A stretch of 64,000 bases of DNA from an uncultured bacterium (lineage in GTDB: Bacteria; Babelota; Babeliae; Babelales; Babelaceae): positions 184,384 through 248,383 of the forward strand of contig CAVXAV010000002.1 in NCBI GenBank assembly GCA_963759865.1. Direction: 5' to 3'. This document shows positions 1 through 9,769 of the stretch, piece by piece. Both the position numbers and the translations under genes were made by a program. Under the pieces are notes generated by a model. It was not told where the DNA came from. It was given only the letters and a program-made list of their open reading frames with translations, and searched no databases. The first letter of the stretch is position 1; each line of letters starts with the position of its first letter.

Positions 1-64
1 TGCAAATGAAGCTGAACGAGACCGAGAAGGGAGCGACGATTACCAGGAATATAAATAAATTTCC

Positions 65-139
65 TGGTGCCGAGAGACGGAATCGAACCATCGACACAAA
101 GCTCTTCAGGCTTCTGCTCTACCACTGAGCTACCTCGGC
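65..139 (-). tRNA. tRNA-Phe (anticodon GAA), CCA encoded
   Basis: Minus strand reads GCCGAGG-TA-GCTCAGTGGTAGAGC-A-GAAGC-CTGAAGA-GCTTT-GTGTC-GATGGTTCGATTCCGTC-TCTCGGC-ACCA. All four arms pair and the anticodon loop is CT-GAA-GA. Confidence 0.9.
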
Positions 140-492
140 AAACCATAAAAAAAGGTTACCGATTTGCGCAATTTTGTCAACTTTTCCCTGTTAATACTGT
201 TTTTTCTCATGACTTGCACATAAAGCCCAGCATATATGGGCTTTTATGCTCTGCCCCTGACGCGGGTACGGACTATTTACTTATGTATTTGGATGCGTTG
301 TAGGGATTTAGCAAGTTCAAATCCAAATTTTCTTTTTCTGTTCGACACCGTTCGCCTTGCATAAAAAATAAAAAGAGCATCAAAATCCGCAAATATAGAT
401 TCATATCAAAGTCTTTACAAAAAAAATATGCGGCGCATATGATTAGCCTTGTGGTGGATTTACGAACATTTCAATCCTAAATGGGGAGACCG

Positions 493-2763
493 ATGAAATT
501 ATTAAAAACGGAAATCTTTGTTCCAATTTTTACTGTAGCTGTGGCCTGGCAAGCAGTTGCTGAGGCAAAAAGGGACCGATGCACTAAGGCATATGATGTT
601 ATTATTGTGGGTGCCGGCAATGCCGGTTCTGTTCTTGCCAATCGCCTCACCGAAGATCCAACAGTAACTGTCCTACTCATCGAAGCAGGGCGAGATGATA
701 CGCGTTTATCGCCGTTACTTCCTATTGATTTACCCAACCCCCTGCCAAATAAAAATAATAATCCCTGGCCGATTCTTCCTCGCTTTGGCGAGTTGCTCTA
801 TGCGGCAGCCCAAGCACAAAGTTTTGTTGCCTGGCAGCATCTTCCGTTATTGCGGGATGACCCTACAAGCAGGTACATATTTTATTCTCGCGGCTCTTCG
901 TATGGCGGATCCACCATTAATAATGGTACCATATCTCTTCGTGGGCACAGTGAAATTTATAATGAGTGGGATGTTCTAGTGGGAAGTCCAGGAATATGGA
1001 ATTACAATTCATTAATCCCTTATTTTAAAAAATTGGAAAATAGAGGAATGCATGCTGCACCCTTTGATGCACTTCGGCCAAATGGTCTCTACTTCAATCC
1101 TGCACAACCACCTAATACCGTTGGAGACTTCGATTCAGCTACCCAGGGCATTGGGGGGCCAGTAACGTTGTCATGGAATACCTATACCCTTGATGCACTA
1201 TCGACAGCGATTAAAGCGGCATTAACAGCCGGGACGTATCCAGGATCTCCGATACCAATCGATGTAGACCCGGATAATCAGACAAATAAACAGTACCTTA
1301 CTTCCTCGCCACTTACCTTGTATGATCAGTTTAGCATTGATTTCCCCGCACTCAATCCGTATACAGGACAAGGGCCTATTGCTTTCCCCGATACCTTCGG
1401 CCCTTTCACTGGCATGGAGCCGCGGACGCAGCGGGTTCATGCAGTAGGATCATATCTTTATCCCATTCTTCCGGGCGGAGCGACCCCACGTGCTAATTTA
1501 ACGATTATTCCTGAGGCATTGGTAACAAAAATCATCTTTGACGATTGTAAAAGAGCAATTGGTGTTCAATATTTAGAAAGTGACACGGGAACGCCAACAG
1601 GGACTTGGAACATCTATCAAACGGGACGACAAATGAATACTTCCCGCGCGGGAATTGGGGGAACGCCAAGTGATGCAACTGCTAATGCAAAATTTGCCCT
1701 CAGCAAACGTCCTAAGTTTGCACGCGCTTTAAAAGAGGTGATTTTATGTGGTGGCGTATTTAACTCTCCTCAATTACTTATGCTTTCTGGCGTTGGCCCT
1801 GCCGCCGACTTGCAGGCTTTAGGAATTCCGGTTATAGCTGATTTGCCCGGTGTGGGACAACATTTTATTGATCATCCCGCAACTGACATTGTTTGGCAGC
1901 ACAATACACCTTACAATTATCTCGCGGATGTTGTCGCTGGACAATTGCCACAAATTGACAAATTAACTTTTGATTTTAAGTCAACGGCAGCCCAACCTTA
2001 TGGTGACTTTCAGGCCGCTTTCTATCCAGGAGGGATGACGCTGGGTTGGAGTGGGGGAACGGATGTTATGGATGCTTTTGCAGCTAATGCACGCTATGAT
2101 GGACCTCCGCAGTATATCTATCCCTTTGTCTTTAGCAATCAAGATGGCACAAATTCTAATCAGCGCTATGACCCACCTTTAGATCAAACTCTTCATTGTG
2201 CAATATTACTGGAGAAGCGCGCTAATCTCCGATCAACAGGCTTCGTTAAATTGCGTAGCGCTGATCCCACCGATCGCTTATATATCGTTACCAATTATTT
2301 GCTTGATCCAATGGATATGCAAGATTACGTTAATGCTTTCACCGGAACTATTGCTCCGTTGGTGCAAAATCTTGGTAAGCTGTCTCCGAGTTACTTTGGC
2401 TCATGGGTCGCACCAGGCACGGCAAATTTCCTAACTTCGGGATCAGTATTGTTACCAGACCTTTCAAACTTTAATCAGCCAGCCTTCGAATCATGGGTTC
2501 TGCAACACGTCTGGGGCCATCATGGTTCGGGGACATGCAAAATGGGTGAAGCAACGGATCCTATGGCAGTTGTTGACGGAAAATTACGCGTGTATGGAGT
2601 TCAAAGACTACGCGTCGTTGACTGCTCGGTATTCCCAGTTATGCCTACCGCAAACACTCAAATACCTGCCTATGTAACTGCAGAAAGAGCGGCCGAATTG
2701 ATTAAGCAAGATTTGCCGCTGATTTGTCCACTATACCCAAAGAAACCCGGAGGTAAAAAGTAA
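493..2763 (+). CDS. GMC-family FAD-dependent oxidoreductase (choline dehydrogenase-like), unusually long, N-terminal signal-like segment
   Basis: ORF 481..2763. It has an N-terminal FAD motif (DVIIVGAGNAGSVLANRLTED) and a C-terminal GMC active-site region (HHGSGTCKMG...VVDCSVFP). ATG 493 follows a GGGGAG RBS, so it is preferred over 481. Confidence 0.8.
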   Translation: MKLLKTEIFVPIFTVAVAWQAVAEAKRDRCTKAYDVIIVGAGNAGSVLANRLTEDPTVTVLLIEAGRDDTRLSPLLPIDLPNPLPNKNNNPWPILPRFGELLYAAAQAQSFVAWQHLPLLRDDPTSRYIFYSRGSSYGGSTINNGTISLRGHSEIYNEWDVLVGSPGIWNYNSLIPYFKKLENRGMHAAPFDALRPNGLYFNPAQPPNTVGDFDSATQGIGGPVTLSWNTYTLDALSTAIKAALTAGTYPGSPIPIDVDPDNQTNKQYLTSSPLTLYDQFSIDFPALNPYTGQGPIAFPDTFGPFTGMEPRTQRVHAVGSYLYPILPGGATPRANLTIIPEALVTKIIFDDCKRAIGVQYLESDTGTPTGTWNIYQTGRQMNTSRAGIGGTPSDATANAKFALSKRPKFARALKEVILCGGVFNSPQLLMLSGVGPAADLQALGIPVIADLPGVGQHFIDHPATDIVWQHNTPYNYLADVVAGQLPQIDKLTFDFKSTAAQPYGDFQAAFYPGGMTLGWSGGTDVMDAFAANARYDGPPQYIYPFVFSNQDGTNSNQRYDPPLDQTLHCAILLEKRANLRSTGFVKLRSADPTDRLYIVTNYLLDPMDMQDYVNAFTGTIAPLVQNLGKLSPSYFGSWVAPGTANFLTSGSVLLPDLSNFNQPAFESWVLQHVWGHHGSGTCKMGEATDPMAVVDGKLRVYGVQRLRVVDCSVFPVMPTANTQIPAYVTAERAAELIKQDLPLICPLYPKKPGGKK

Positions 2764-2798
2764 TACCCATCTTTCATTACATATGTAACTGAATCTAT

Positions 2799-2822
2799 GT
2801 ACTGGCGCTTGAGCGCCAGTAC
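2799..2822 (+). terminator. Rho-independent terminator after the GMC oxidoreductase gene
   Basis: Perfect 10-bp stem GTACTGGCGC-TTGA-GCGCCAGTAC followed by TGCTTTTA. Confidence 0.6.
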
Positions 2823-2926
2823 TGCTTTTACAGGAAAACTTCAGAAGTCCTTATTGCCAATCAACAAAGCCTCTGTTACATTTAGATAAAACAGAAAATA
2901 TGATCACTTCGAGCTGATATGTGCAT

Positions 2927-3961
2927 ATGGTTGATATAAAAAAACTCATCGAAAGCTATCAAACAACATTCTTTGCCGAGCTTGCTGGGGTAAAAACCGA
3001 ACAGGAACTTGAAGCATTTCGTATAGCTCATGTAAGCCGTCATGGAAGCTTGAGTGTGCTCATACAGCGGCTTAAAGAATTTTCTTTGGAAGAAAAAAAG
3101 GAATTCGGTCCCCTCTTTAATGACCTTAAAGAACGTGCATACTCAGCATTTAAAAATAAGGAAGAAGAACTTCTCCAAAAGAAAATTGCTTTAGAGAATC
3201 TTCGCAATGCTCATTTTGATGTCACCGCCTATAAACCATTTGAGCAACGGGGGAGTTTGCACCCCTATACCCATATTATTGAAAGAGTGGAAGATATATT
3301 CATAAGCATGGGCTTTGAAATTATTGAAGGGCCCGAGGTTGAAACAGATTTTTATAATTTCGAGGCTCTTAATATACCAAAAGATCATCCTGCGCGTGAT
3401 ATGCAAGATACGTTTTGGCTTACATTGCCGGGCCTGTTGATGCGAACACATACGTCATCAGTTGAAATTCATACCATGATTAAGCGCAAACCTCCTTTTG
3501 CGATTGCCGTTCCTGGGCGTGCCTATCGAAATGAAGCAACAGATGCATCGCATGATTTTATGTTTATGCAACTTGAGGGATTAGTAGTAGGCAAAAATAT
3601 CTCGCTCGCTCATTTATTTGCAACTGTTCAGGCATTCTTGCAAAATCTGTTTGAAAAGGAAGATTTATCGATAAAAATACAGCCGAGTTATTATCCTTTT
3701 GTTGAGCCGGGTGTTGATATTATTATGTCATGCCCCTTTTGCACACAGGGTTGTTCGGTGTGTAAAAGAACAAGATGGATTGAGATAGCAGGTGCAGGAC
3801 TTACCCATCCAAATGTACTTAAGGCGTGTAACATTGATCCGCAGGAATATAGTGCATTCGCATTTGGATTTGGATTAACACGCTTAGCTATGCTAAAATA
3901 CGGAATTATAGACATTCGGTTGTTACATACAAATAAGCTTGAATTTTTAAAGCAATTTTAG
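2927..3961 (+). CDS. pheS: Phenylalanine--tRNA ligase alpha subunit
   Basis: ORF 2921..3961. Class II aaRS motifs are present (HPARDMQDTFW, RTHTSSVE, AYRNEATDASHDFMFMQLEG, GFGFGLTRLAML). ATG at 2927 gives MVDIKK. No pheT follows. Confidence 0.9.
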   Translation: MVDIKKLIESYQTTFFAELAGVKTEQELEAFRIAHVSRHGSLSVLIQRLKEFSLEEKKEFGPLFNDLKERAYSAFKNKEEELLQKKIALENLRNAHFDVTAYKPFEQRGSLHPYTHIIERVEDIFISMGFEIIEGPEVETDFYNFEALNIPKDHPARDMQDTFWLTLPGLLMRTHTSSVEIHTMIKRKPPFAIAVPGRAYRNEATDASHDFMFMQLEGLVVGKNISLAHLFATVQAFLQNLFEKEDLSIKIQPSYYPFVEPGVDIIMSCPFCTQGCSVCKRTRWIEIAGAGLTHPNVLKACNIDPQEYSAFAFGFGLTRLAMLKYGIIDIRLLHTNKLEFLKQF

Positions 3962-3977
3962 AAAAATTGGGAGAATA

Positions 3978-4892
3978 ATGGAGATAAGTAAAGTTATCAT
4001 ACCCGCTGCAGGATTGGGACCGCGTTTTTTGCCAGCCAGTAAGACTCTGCCACGCGAAATGTTGCCTATACTTAACAAGCCAGCAATTCAATATATAGCT
4101 GAAGAGGCACTCCATTCAGAGCTTTCAAATATGATTGTCATCACTGCAAAAGGCAAAGATGCCATTGCAGACCATTTTGATACCGCAACTCTTGATGCCA
4201 ATCTTAAAGAGCAAGATAAGCTTGGACTTCTTGCCAGTGTAGAAAGATTAGCAAGACTGGCACAATTTACCTACATTCGCCAATCAGAGCTTCTGGGGCT
4301 TGGCCATGCCCTCTGGCTCGCACGTCATTGCATTAATAAGGAATATTTTGCAGTTGCGCTCCCCGATGATATCATTATAAGTAAGCAACCGGCCTTGAGT
4401 CAGCTTATACGAGTGGCTCGACAAGAAAAAGCGAGTGTTGTTGCCGTGCAGGAAGTACCTACTGAGTGCATATCCTCATATGGCATAGTGGGAATCAGAA
4501 AAAGTATCACGCCAAATCTTTTTCAGCTTTCAACCGTGGTTGAAAAACCTCATCCAAAAGATGCGCCATCTTCGTTGGCAATTGTGGGAAGATACGTGCT
4601 CTCATCAAAAATTTTTCAATCGCTTGATGAGATGCAATCCTATGAGCAAACAGAACTCACCCTCACTGACGCCATTGGGCATATGATGCAGCATAATGAG
4701 CGAGTTTTTGCCTATAAAGTTCAAGGCATTCGGTATGATATAGGCACTCCACTAGGCTGGATCAAAGCGGTTATTGGTTCATCATTGCAAGATCCTGAAT
4801 ATGGACCAGCATTACGCAAGTTTTTAAGTGATTTCAACACCACAGAATCATTCTTGTATAATCCGGCAAAAATAATCGAACACAACCTCTAG
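3978..4892 (+). CDS. galU: UTP--glucose-1-phosphate uridylyltransferase
   Basis: N-terminal motif PAAGLGPRFLPASKTLPREMLPI matches the GalU signature. Length is 304 aa and a GGGAGAA RBS precedes the start. Confidence 0.85.
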   Translation: MEISKVIIPAAGLGPRFLPASKTLPREMLPILNKPAIQYIAEEALHSELSNMIVITAKGKDAIADHFDTATLDANLKEQDKLGLLASVERLARLAQFTYIRQSELLGLGHALWLARHCINKEYFAVALPDDIIISKQPALSQLIRVARQEKASVVAVQEVPTECISSYGIVGIRKSITPNLFQLSTVVEKPHPKDAPSSLAIVGRYVLSSKIFQSLDEMQSYEQTELTLTDAIGHMMQHNERVFAYKVQGIRYDIGTPLGWIKAVIGSSLQDPEYGPALRKFLSDFNTTESFLYNPAKIIEHNL

Positions 4893-4896
4893 GCCT

Positions 4897-7317
4897 ATGG
4901 AGTATATAAAATTTTTTAATGAGCTGAGCCAATCTGATATGGCTCTTGTAGGGGCCAAAAATGCCTCACTGGGCCAGATGATTCAACAGCTCCAAGATGT
5001 GGGTATTAAAATTCCGTTGGGATTTGCTATCACGGTTAAGGGGTACTGGCATCACCTTGAGCATAATCACCTTATCCCTGAAATGAAAAAAATTATAGAA
5101 ACTCTCAATTCTACAAGAAACATCGCCACTATTCAGCTGGCAGGTAAAAAATTGCGAGATCTTATCTATCATGCCCCGATGCCAGATGATCTTGCTCTTG
5201 CCATTACAAACGCCTATGTACATTTGTCAAAAATATACGACACTACAGAATTGGATGTTGCTATTCGTTCCTCCGCTACAGCAGAAGATTTGCCTAATGC
5301 ATCCTTTGCTGGCCAACAAGAAACTTATTTAAATATTAAGGGAATTGATGCGGTTCTTGACGCCACCAAAAAATGTATGGCATCACTTTTTACCGATCGT
5401 GCTATTGTCTATCGTATAGAGCAACATTTTGATCATTTTCAGGTGGCAATCTCTGTCGGGGTGCAAAAAATGGTTCGTTCTGATAAAGCAAGTTCCGGCG
5501 TCACTTTTTCGCTTGATACCGATACCGGATTTAAAAACATCGTCGTTATAACCTCATCCTATGGATTGGGGGAAAATATCGTCAAAGGAGTCGTTAATCC
5601 GGACGAATTTCATGTATTTAAACCGACTCTGGCCCAAGGATATAAACCAATAATAAAAAAATATTTGGGAAGTAAGGAATTACGATTAGTTTACACCGAT
5701 AATAAACGAGATCCGCTGGAAAATCTTCCCGTAAGTCGCAGCGACCAACAGCGATTTTCGCTAAACGATGATGAAATTTTAGAGCTTGCACGGCAAACAA
5801 GTGCTATTGAAGATCATTATAGTACATTGGCCCAAGCCTGGTGCCCTATGGATGTAGAATGGGCCAAGGATGGTATCGATAACACTCTTTATATAGTTCA
5901 AGCACGGCCAGAAACGGTGTATAGCCAACGAAAGCGACAAGAAGTGCTCATCCATTATACACTTAAAGAAGATTGCTCTAAGATCACTACTCTTACTACT
6001 GGTTTAAGTATTGGCCAAAAAATAGCATCCGGTCGTGTCAGGATTTTGAAAAGTATTCATGAACATAAGGATTTTCATCAAGGGGATATCCTGGTGACTC
6101 CTATGACCGACCCCGATTGGGTACCGCTTATGAAAAAAGCTGCGGCCATAATTACAAATAAGGGCGGTAGAACATGCCATGCTGCTATCGTAAGCAGGGA
6201 GCTTGGTATCCCGGCTATCATTGGTACAGGTAATGCAACCGATGTTATACCCGATAGCTCTCTTATCACCGTCGATTGCAGCCGAGGGGCCACAGGATAC
6301 GTGTACCAAGGAACACTTCCATTTGAAATCATTAAGACGGAATTAACTACCCTTCCTACCCCGCGCGTTCCAATCCTTCTTAATATTGCTGATCCAGACC
6401 GGGCCTATAAGCTTTCATTTCTTCCAGTAGCTGGCGTCGGTCTTGCTCGCCTTGAATTTATCATTTCGAATTTTATCAAAGTTCACCCCATGGCCGTATG
6501 CAACATGGAAAAGATCAAAGATCCTTTGGTAAAGAAGGTAATCGAAGATCGAGCTTTTGCCTATGGCGATCCTCTTAGCTTTTATCAAGATGTGTTGGCT
6601 CAGGGAATAGGTCTCATCGCGGCCGCCTTTTACCCTAGGGAAGTTATTGTTCGCCTTTCTGATTTTAAAAGTAATGAATATCGTAATCTTCTTGCGGGTG
6701 AAGACTTTGAGCCTATTGAGGAAAATCCCATGATTGGATTTCGGGGTGCCGTTCGTTATTGTGATCCTGCTTACGCACCTGCCTTCGCTCTTGAATGTGA
6801 GGCTATTAAAAAAGTGCGAAATATCATGGGTCTTACTAACGTTAAGCTCATGATTCCTTTCGTACGTAACCTCTACGAAGCGAGCTGCACGGTAGCCGCA
6901 CTTGCACAGCACGGCTTAAAACGGGGTGAAAATGGATTACAGATTCTTATGATGTGCGAAGTTCCTTCAAATGTTATTTTGCTTGAAGAATTCAGTCCCT
7001 TCTTCGATGGTTTTTCTATTGGGTCGAATGATCTTACTCAGCTGACTCTCGCGGTTGACCGTGATTCTGAATTATTAAGCCGAAGATTTAATGAAACAGA
7101 TCCAGCAGTGAAGAAAATGTTTGAAATGGCATTGGATGCCGCAAAAAAAACCAATGCGTATATGAGCATCTGTGGTGAAGCACCATCCGATTTTCCTGAA
7201 ATTGCTGACTTTTTAATAGCTCATGGTATTGACGCACTTTCACTCAATCCTGATTCGGTTATCCCCTTCCTTCTGCGCGAAGGGCAAGCAGGCTTCCTTT
7301 TTGGCCAGGAAACGTGA
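4897..7317 (+). CDS. ppsA: Phosphoenolpyruvate synthase (pyruvate, water dikinase)
   Basis: 806 aa. It has an N-terminal ATP-grasp PPDK domain, the phosphohistidine swivel motif GGRTCHAAIVSRELGIPA and a C-terminal PEP-utilising domain (GFSIGSNDLTQL). Confidence 0.9.
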   Translation: MEYIKFFNELSQSDMALVGAKNASLGQMIQQLQDVGIKIPLGFAITVKGYWHHLEHNHLIPEMKKIIETLNSTRNIATIQLAGKKLRDLIYHAPMPDDLALAITNAYVHLSKIYDTTELDVAIRSSATAEDLPNASFAGQQETYLNIKGIDAVLDATKKCMASLFTDRAIVYRIEQHFDHFQVAISVGVQKMVRSDKASSGVTFSLDTDTGFKNIVVITSSYGLGENIVKGVVNPDEFHVFKPTLAQGYKPIIKKYLGSKELRLVYTDNKRDPLENLPVSRSDQQRFSLNDDEILELARQTSAIEDHYSTLAQAWCPMDVEWAKDGIDNTLYIVQARPETVYSQRKRQEVLIHYTLKEDCSKITTLTTGLSIGQKIASGRVRILKSIHEHKDFHQGDILVTPMTDPDWVPLMKKAAAIITNKGGRTCHAAIVSRELGIPAIIGTGNATDVIPDSSLITVDCSRGATGYVYQGTLPFEIIKTELTTLPTPRVPILLNIADPDRAYKLSFLPVAGVGLARLEFIISNFIKVHPMAVCNMEKIKDPLVKKVIEDRAFAYGDPLSFYQDVLAQGIGLIAAAFYPREVIVRLSDFKSNEYRNLLAGEDFEPIEENPMIGFRGAVRYCDPAYAPAFALECEAIKKVRNIMGLTNVKLMIPFVRNLYEASCTVAALAQHGLKRGENGLQILMMCEVPSNVILLEEFSPFFDGFSIGSNDLTQLTLAVDRDSELLSRRFNETDPAVKKMFEMALDAAKKTNAYMSICGEAPSDFPEIADFLIAHGIDALSLNPDSVIPFLLREGQAGFLFGQET

Positions 7318-7535
7318 AAATCTGATTGGGGAACACGATAATGACCGCATCTACGACAGGTACCCCGACTGAGCAGATGAGCATACCTTTGGCAACGGCA
7401 GGTACAGTTGACATAGTGATACGTTTTATAATCATAACGAATACAAGGATCAGCATGATAGCTATTGTCGATGCACCCAACTCCAGCAAACAATGCGTGC
7501 ACAAAAAAGAAGGGTATGCACCAAATATGCTTCAT
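7221..7535 (-). CDS. Hypothetical Cys-rich small protein (104 aa from internal ATG), candidate only
   Basis: ATG 7535 overlaps the upstream gene's TGA as ATGA (plus strand tcat, 7532-7535). The N-terminus is hydrophobic (MKHIWCIPFFFVHALFAGVGC) and is followed by 8 Cys (CxC and CxxC spacing). The C-terminal ~32 codons run antisense over the ppsA 3' end, and two other ORFs overlap the same interval. Confidence 0.3.
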   Translation of the reverse strand: MKHIWCIPFFFVHALFAGVGCIDNSYHADPCIRYDYKTYHYVNCTCRCQRYAHLLSRGTCRRCGHYRVPQSDFHVSWPKRKPACPSRRRKGITESGLSESASIP

Positions 7536-8761
7536 GATTGCAGGTCTTTCATGATCAATGGATACAGATAATAAGCCATACAACCTACCGTACCAATCAA
7601 CGCACCATAGCTAAGAACCGTCCTTAAAAACGAATAGGGCAGAGCAACACCTCCAAACTTCTTCACAGACCTAAAATCTCTTGCAGCTGCATCAATACGA
7701 TCGTAATTTTCAAGAAGGTGTACCTCAGTTTCATATGCTTCTTTTAAGCGGGTCAGGCCACACTGAGCACCTACTAATGCGCCAACCAAGGAGGCAACAA
7801 GTGCAGTACGCCCACCTCTGTTTACTGCCTCAGTTATTGCTTGCCTTGGATCGGGATAGGCAAGAACTATATGCACCGCTAACGCAATAGCTTCATCAGC
7901 TGTAAAGCCTTTATACTCGGGAGCCATCTTTTGAGCATCGCGCAGCATATCGCTTGTAGATTTTTCGTCTGAACCAAGCTTTCTTGGCAGTTGCTCATAC
8001 CACTTAGCAGCTGCAATCATCTTCTCAACCACCTGCTCTACAGGCTCTCCTTGCACACAAGCTGCTATACCAATTGCCAGAGCAACACTTGCTGCAAGAA
8101 CCGCTGGATGCTTGTGAGTTATAAGCACCTGCTTTTCTACAAGGAAACGGACTCTTTCATAATGATCAGCAAACACCAAACCAATAGGCCACAATAGTGG
8201 TACTATGCTGCTTTCATTTTCTTGAAAGCGAGGCGCCTTCTTTTTACAAGCTTTCCCCTCATCATGCATTTGACAAAGATACTGTGCTAGATAGTCAGCG
8301 GATTTTATGGTTATTGCAGAATGTTTGCGGAAACTATAATGGGGATCAAGCACATAGTTGTTAGGACCAAAAAGCTCCATATACCCGCAGGCACCCTGCA
8401 TGAGTATTTCTTGATCGCTCAGTCCTTGTTTCCTGCCTTGTAAGCACACCTCATACATAAGCAATGCCAAAACAGAGTTACTACTATACGCAGCCACTTT
8501 ATGTTTGAAAGGTTCATATAACCAATCACATGACTTGATCTGTGTAAGGGAAGTAAGACCTTCTTTACCATATTTTTGAGTAATGTGCTCAGCCGTTTCA
8601 AGAGGCTCGGTAACACGCCCTAAAGCATCCCCAAGCACTGAGCCTAGAAGAGCACCACCTATGCGATCTTCCAACTGCGCTCGCGTAAGTAACGGCTCAT
8701 GCGAAAGCAGTATACCAGTACTGAATAGAAAAAGTGAAAATGATGAAATGAATTTCTTCAT
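7532..8761 (-). CDS. ADP-ribosylglycohydrolase-fold protein, secreted and C-terminally membrane-anchored, probably catalytically inactive
   Basis: ORF 7532..8848. Start moved to ATG 8761 (MKKFISSFSLFLF signal peptide, GGGGGA RBS). The ARH N-terminal motif GALLGSVLGDALG is present. The expected TDDT and GGDTDT metal-binding motifs read SSNS and GGRTAL. A C-terminal hydrophobic helix (ALIGTVGCMAYYLYPLI) is present. Confidence 0.7.
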   Translation of the reverse strand: MKKFISSFSLFLFSTGILLSHEPLLTRAQLEDRIGGALLGSVLGDALGRVTEPLETAEHITQKYGKEGLTSLTQIKSCDWLYEPFKHKVAAYSSNSVLALLMYEVCLQGRKQGLSDQEILMQGACGYMELFGPNNYVLDPHYSFRKHSAITIKSADYLAQYLCQMHDEGKACKKKAPRFQENESSIVPLLWPIGLVFADHYERVRFLVEKQVLITHKHPAVLAASVALAIGIAACVQGEPVEQVVEKMIAAAKWYEQLPRKLGSDEKSTSDMLRDAQKMAPEYKGFTADEAIALAVHIVLAYPDPRQAITEAVNRGGRTALVASLVGALVGAQCGLTRLKEAYETEVHLLENYDRIDAAARDFRSVKKFGGVALPYSFLRTVLSYGALIGTVGCMAYYLYPLIMKDLQS

Positions 8762-8949
8762 TGTTGTCCCCCTTGTATCTAGATATAGCATGTGTGCTAT
8801 CGGAGAGTCAACGATATGCATTGCCAGATCGATACAACCAAAAACCATCTCTTAGCTATTGAGCCTTCTTACTTTATGGTATATAATTTGAGTATCATAC
8901 TTCATGAAGTGCCGCCAAACATTGCTCTATGCTATTAAAGGAGGCTTAC

Positions 8950-9642
8950 ATGCAAAAATATACTTTTCTGCTTCTTATCTGTGTAACTCAGTACAGCGTA
9001 GCTATGCAGATAGCTGTCAGAAAGCCCTCTCAACCTAGTTTTGATCAAATGGTAACCCTCATAAAAAGTGACCATGTCAAAGCTTGCGAAACATATATTG
9101 CAACAAAAAACCCCGCTCTTCTTTATAGTGATGGGAAAACATTGCTCCACATAGCCGTTGACGAAGTATTTGAAGGCAAGTGTACTGATTCCAATATGAT
9201 TTCAATGCTTGTCGATAAATATAGTCTGGAACAAAACATCAAAAATGATCTTAGAACAACGATTGCTACAAAAAAAATTCAGACAAAACGTTATGCCACT
9301 GATCAATCATTTAAGGAAAAAGTGCATGCACAACTGGACCCTCTTTTAAAACTGCTTACTACGAATGAAGGAAAACATCCTCTTACTTCTCTTGTACCAT
9401 CTAAGGATACTCAGCCAACGGAGTCTGTTATTGATACTAAAGTGAATACTTCATCAGATGCTTCTGCTCATACTCAGCTACACACCAAGCGACGTGCAGT
9501 TGATAAGAATCGTTTAAAAATCACCGTCGCCGAATTTATAGAGACCAACAAAATAAAAATTCTTACCTTTTCGGCTGTCGGTGTGGGCCTTCTGTGGTCT
9601 CTTCTTATGAGGGACTCCGCCCTTAAGAAAAACAGAAGTTAA
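8950..9642 (+). CDS. Hypothetical signal-peptide protein with one ankyrin-like repeat and a C-terminal TM anchor
   Basis: ORF 8929..9642. ATG 8950 follows an AAGGAGG RBS. The N-terminus MQKYTFLLLICVTQYSVA looks like a signal peptide. GKTLLHIAVDE is ANK-like. The C-terminal segment ILTFSAVGVGLLWSLLM is hydrophobic. Confidence 0.6.
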   Translation: MQKYTFLLLICVTQYSVAMQIAVRKPSQPSFDQMVTLIKSDHVKACETYIATKNPALLYSDGKTLLHIAVDEVFEGKCTDSNMISMLVDKYSLEQNIKNDLRTTIATKKIQTKRYATDQSFKEKVHAQLDPLLKLLTTNEGKHPLTSLVPSKDTQPTESVIDTKVNTSSDASAHTQLHTKRRAVDKNRLKITVAEFIETNKIKILTFSAVGVGLLWSLLMRDSALKKNRS

Positions 9643-9769
9643 GGTATAACCGGGACTATTTACTAATAATATGATATAGTTTTTTGCCCTTTTTTAAAAA
9701 AAAGTGAGATGTGCTAAGATTGAAGCAAGTAAAAATAAATGGCAGGTATTTAATCTTTCGAGGACACCT

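Noticed and set aside
223-250. Hairpin AAAGCCCA-GCATATA-TGGGCTTT followed by TAT on the plus strand, downstream of nothing obvious.
   Set aside because: No plus-strand gene ends upstream within the window, because tRNA-Phe is on the other strand. It may terminate a gene outside the window or be fortuitous.
67-303. ORFs overlapping tRNA genes (67..303 over tRNA-Phe, 14329..14568 over tRNA-Leu/Cys, 50289..50549 over tRNA-Ala and the GC-rich repeat).
   Set aside because: The sequence is explained by tRNA cloverleaves or structured repeats. The ORF products are Pro/Arg/Gly-rich translations of GC-rich RNA genes.
426-440. Perfect 7-1-7 palindrome ATATGCG-G-CGCATAT about 50 bp upstream of the GMC oxidoreductase start, a possible operator.
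   Set aside because: It is a single occurrence, no cognate regulator gene is nearby, and no promoter context could be established. The function cannot be supported.
6415-6912. 165-aa ORF antisense within ppsA. Similar antisense ORFs occur in the ankyrin gene (25596..25997) and in dnaX and der.
   Set aside because: The sense strand carries strongly conserved enzyme motifs, and nothing independent supports the antisense ORFs.
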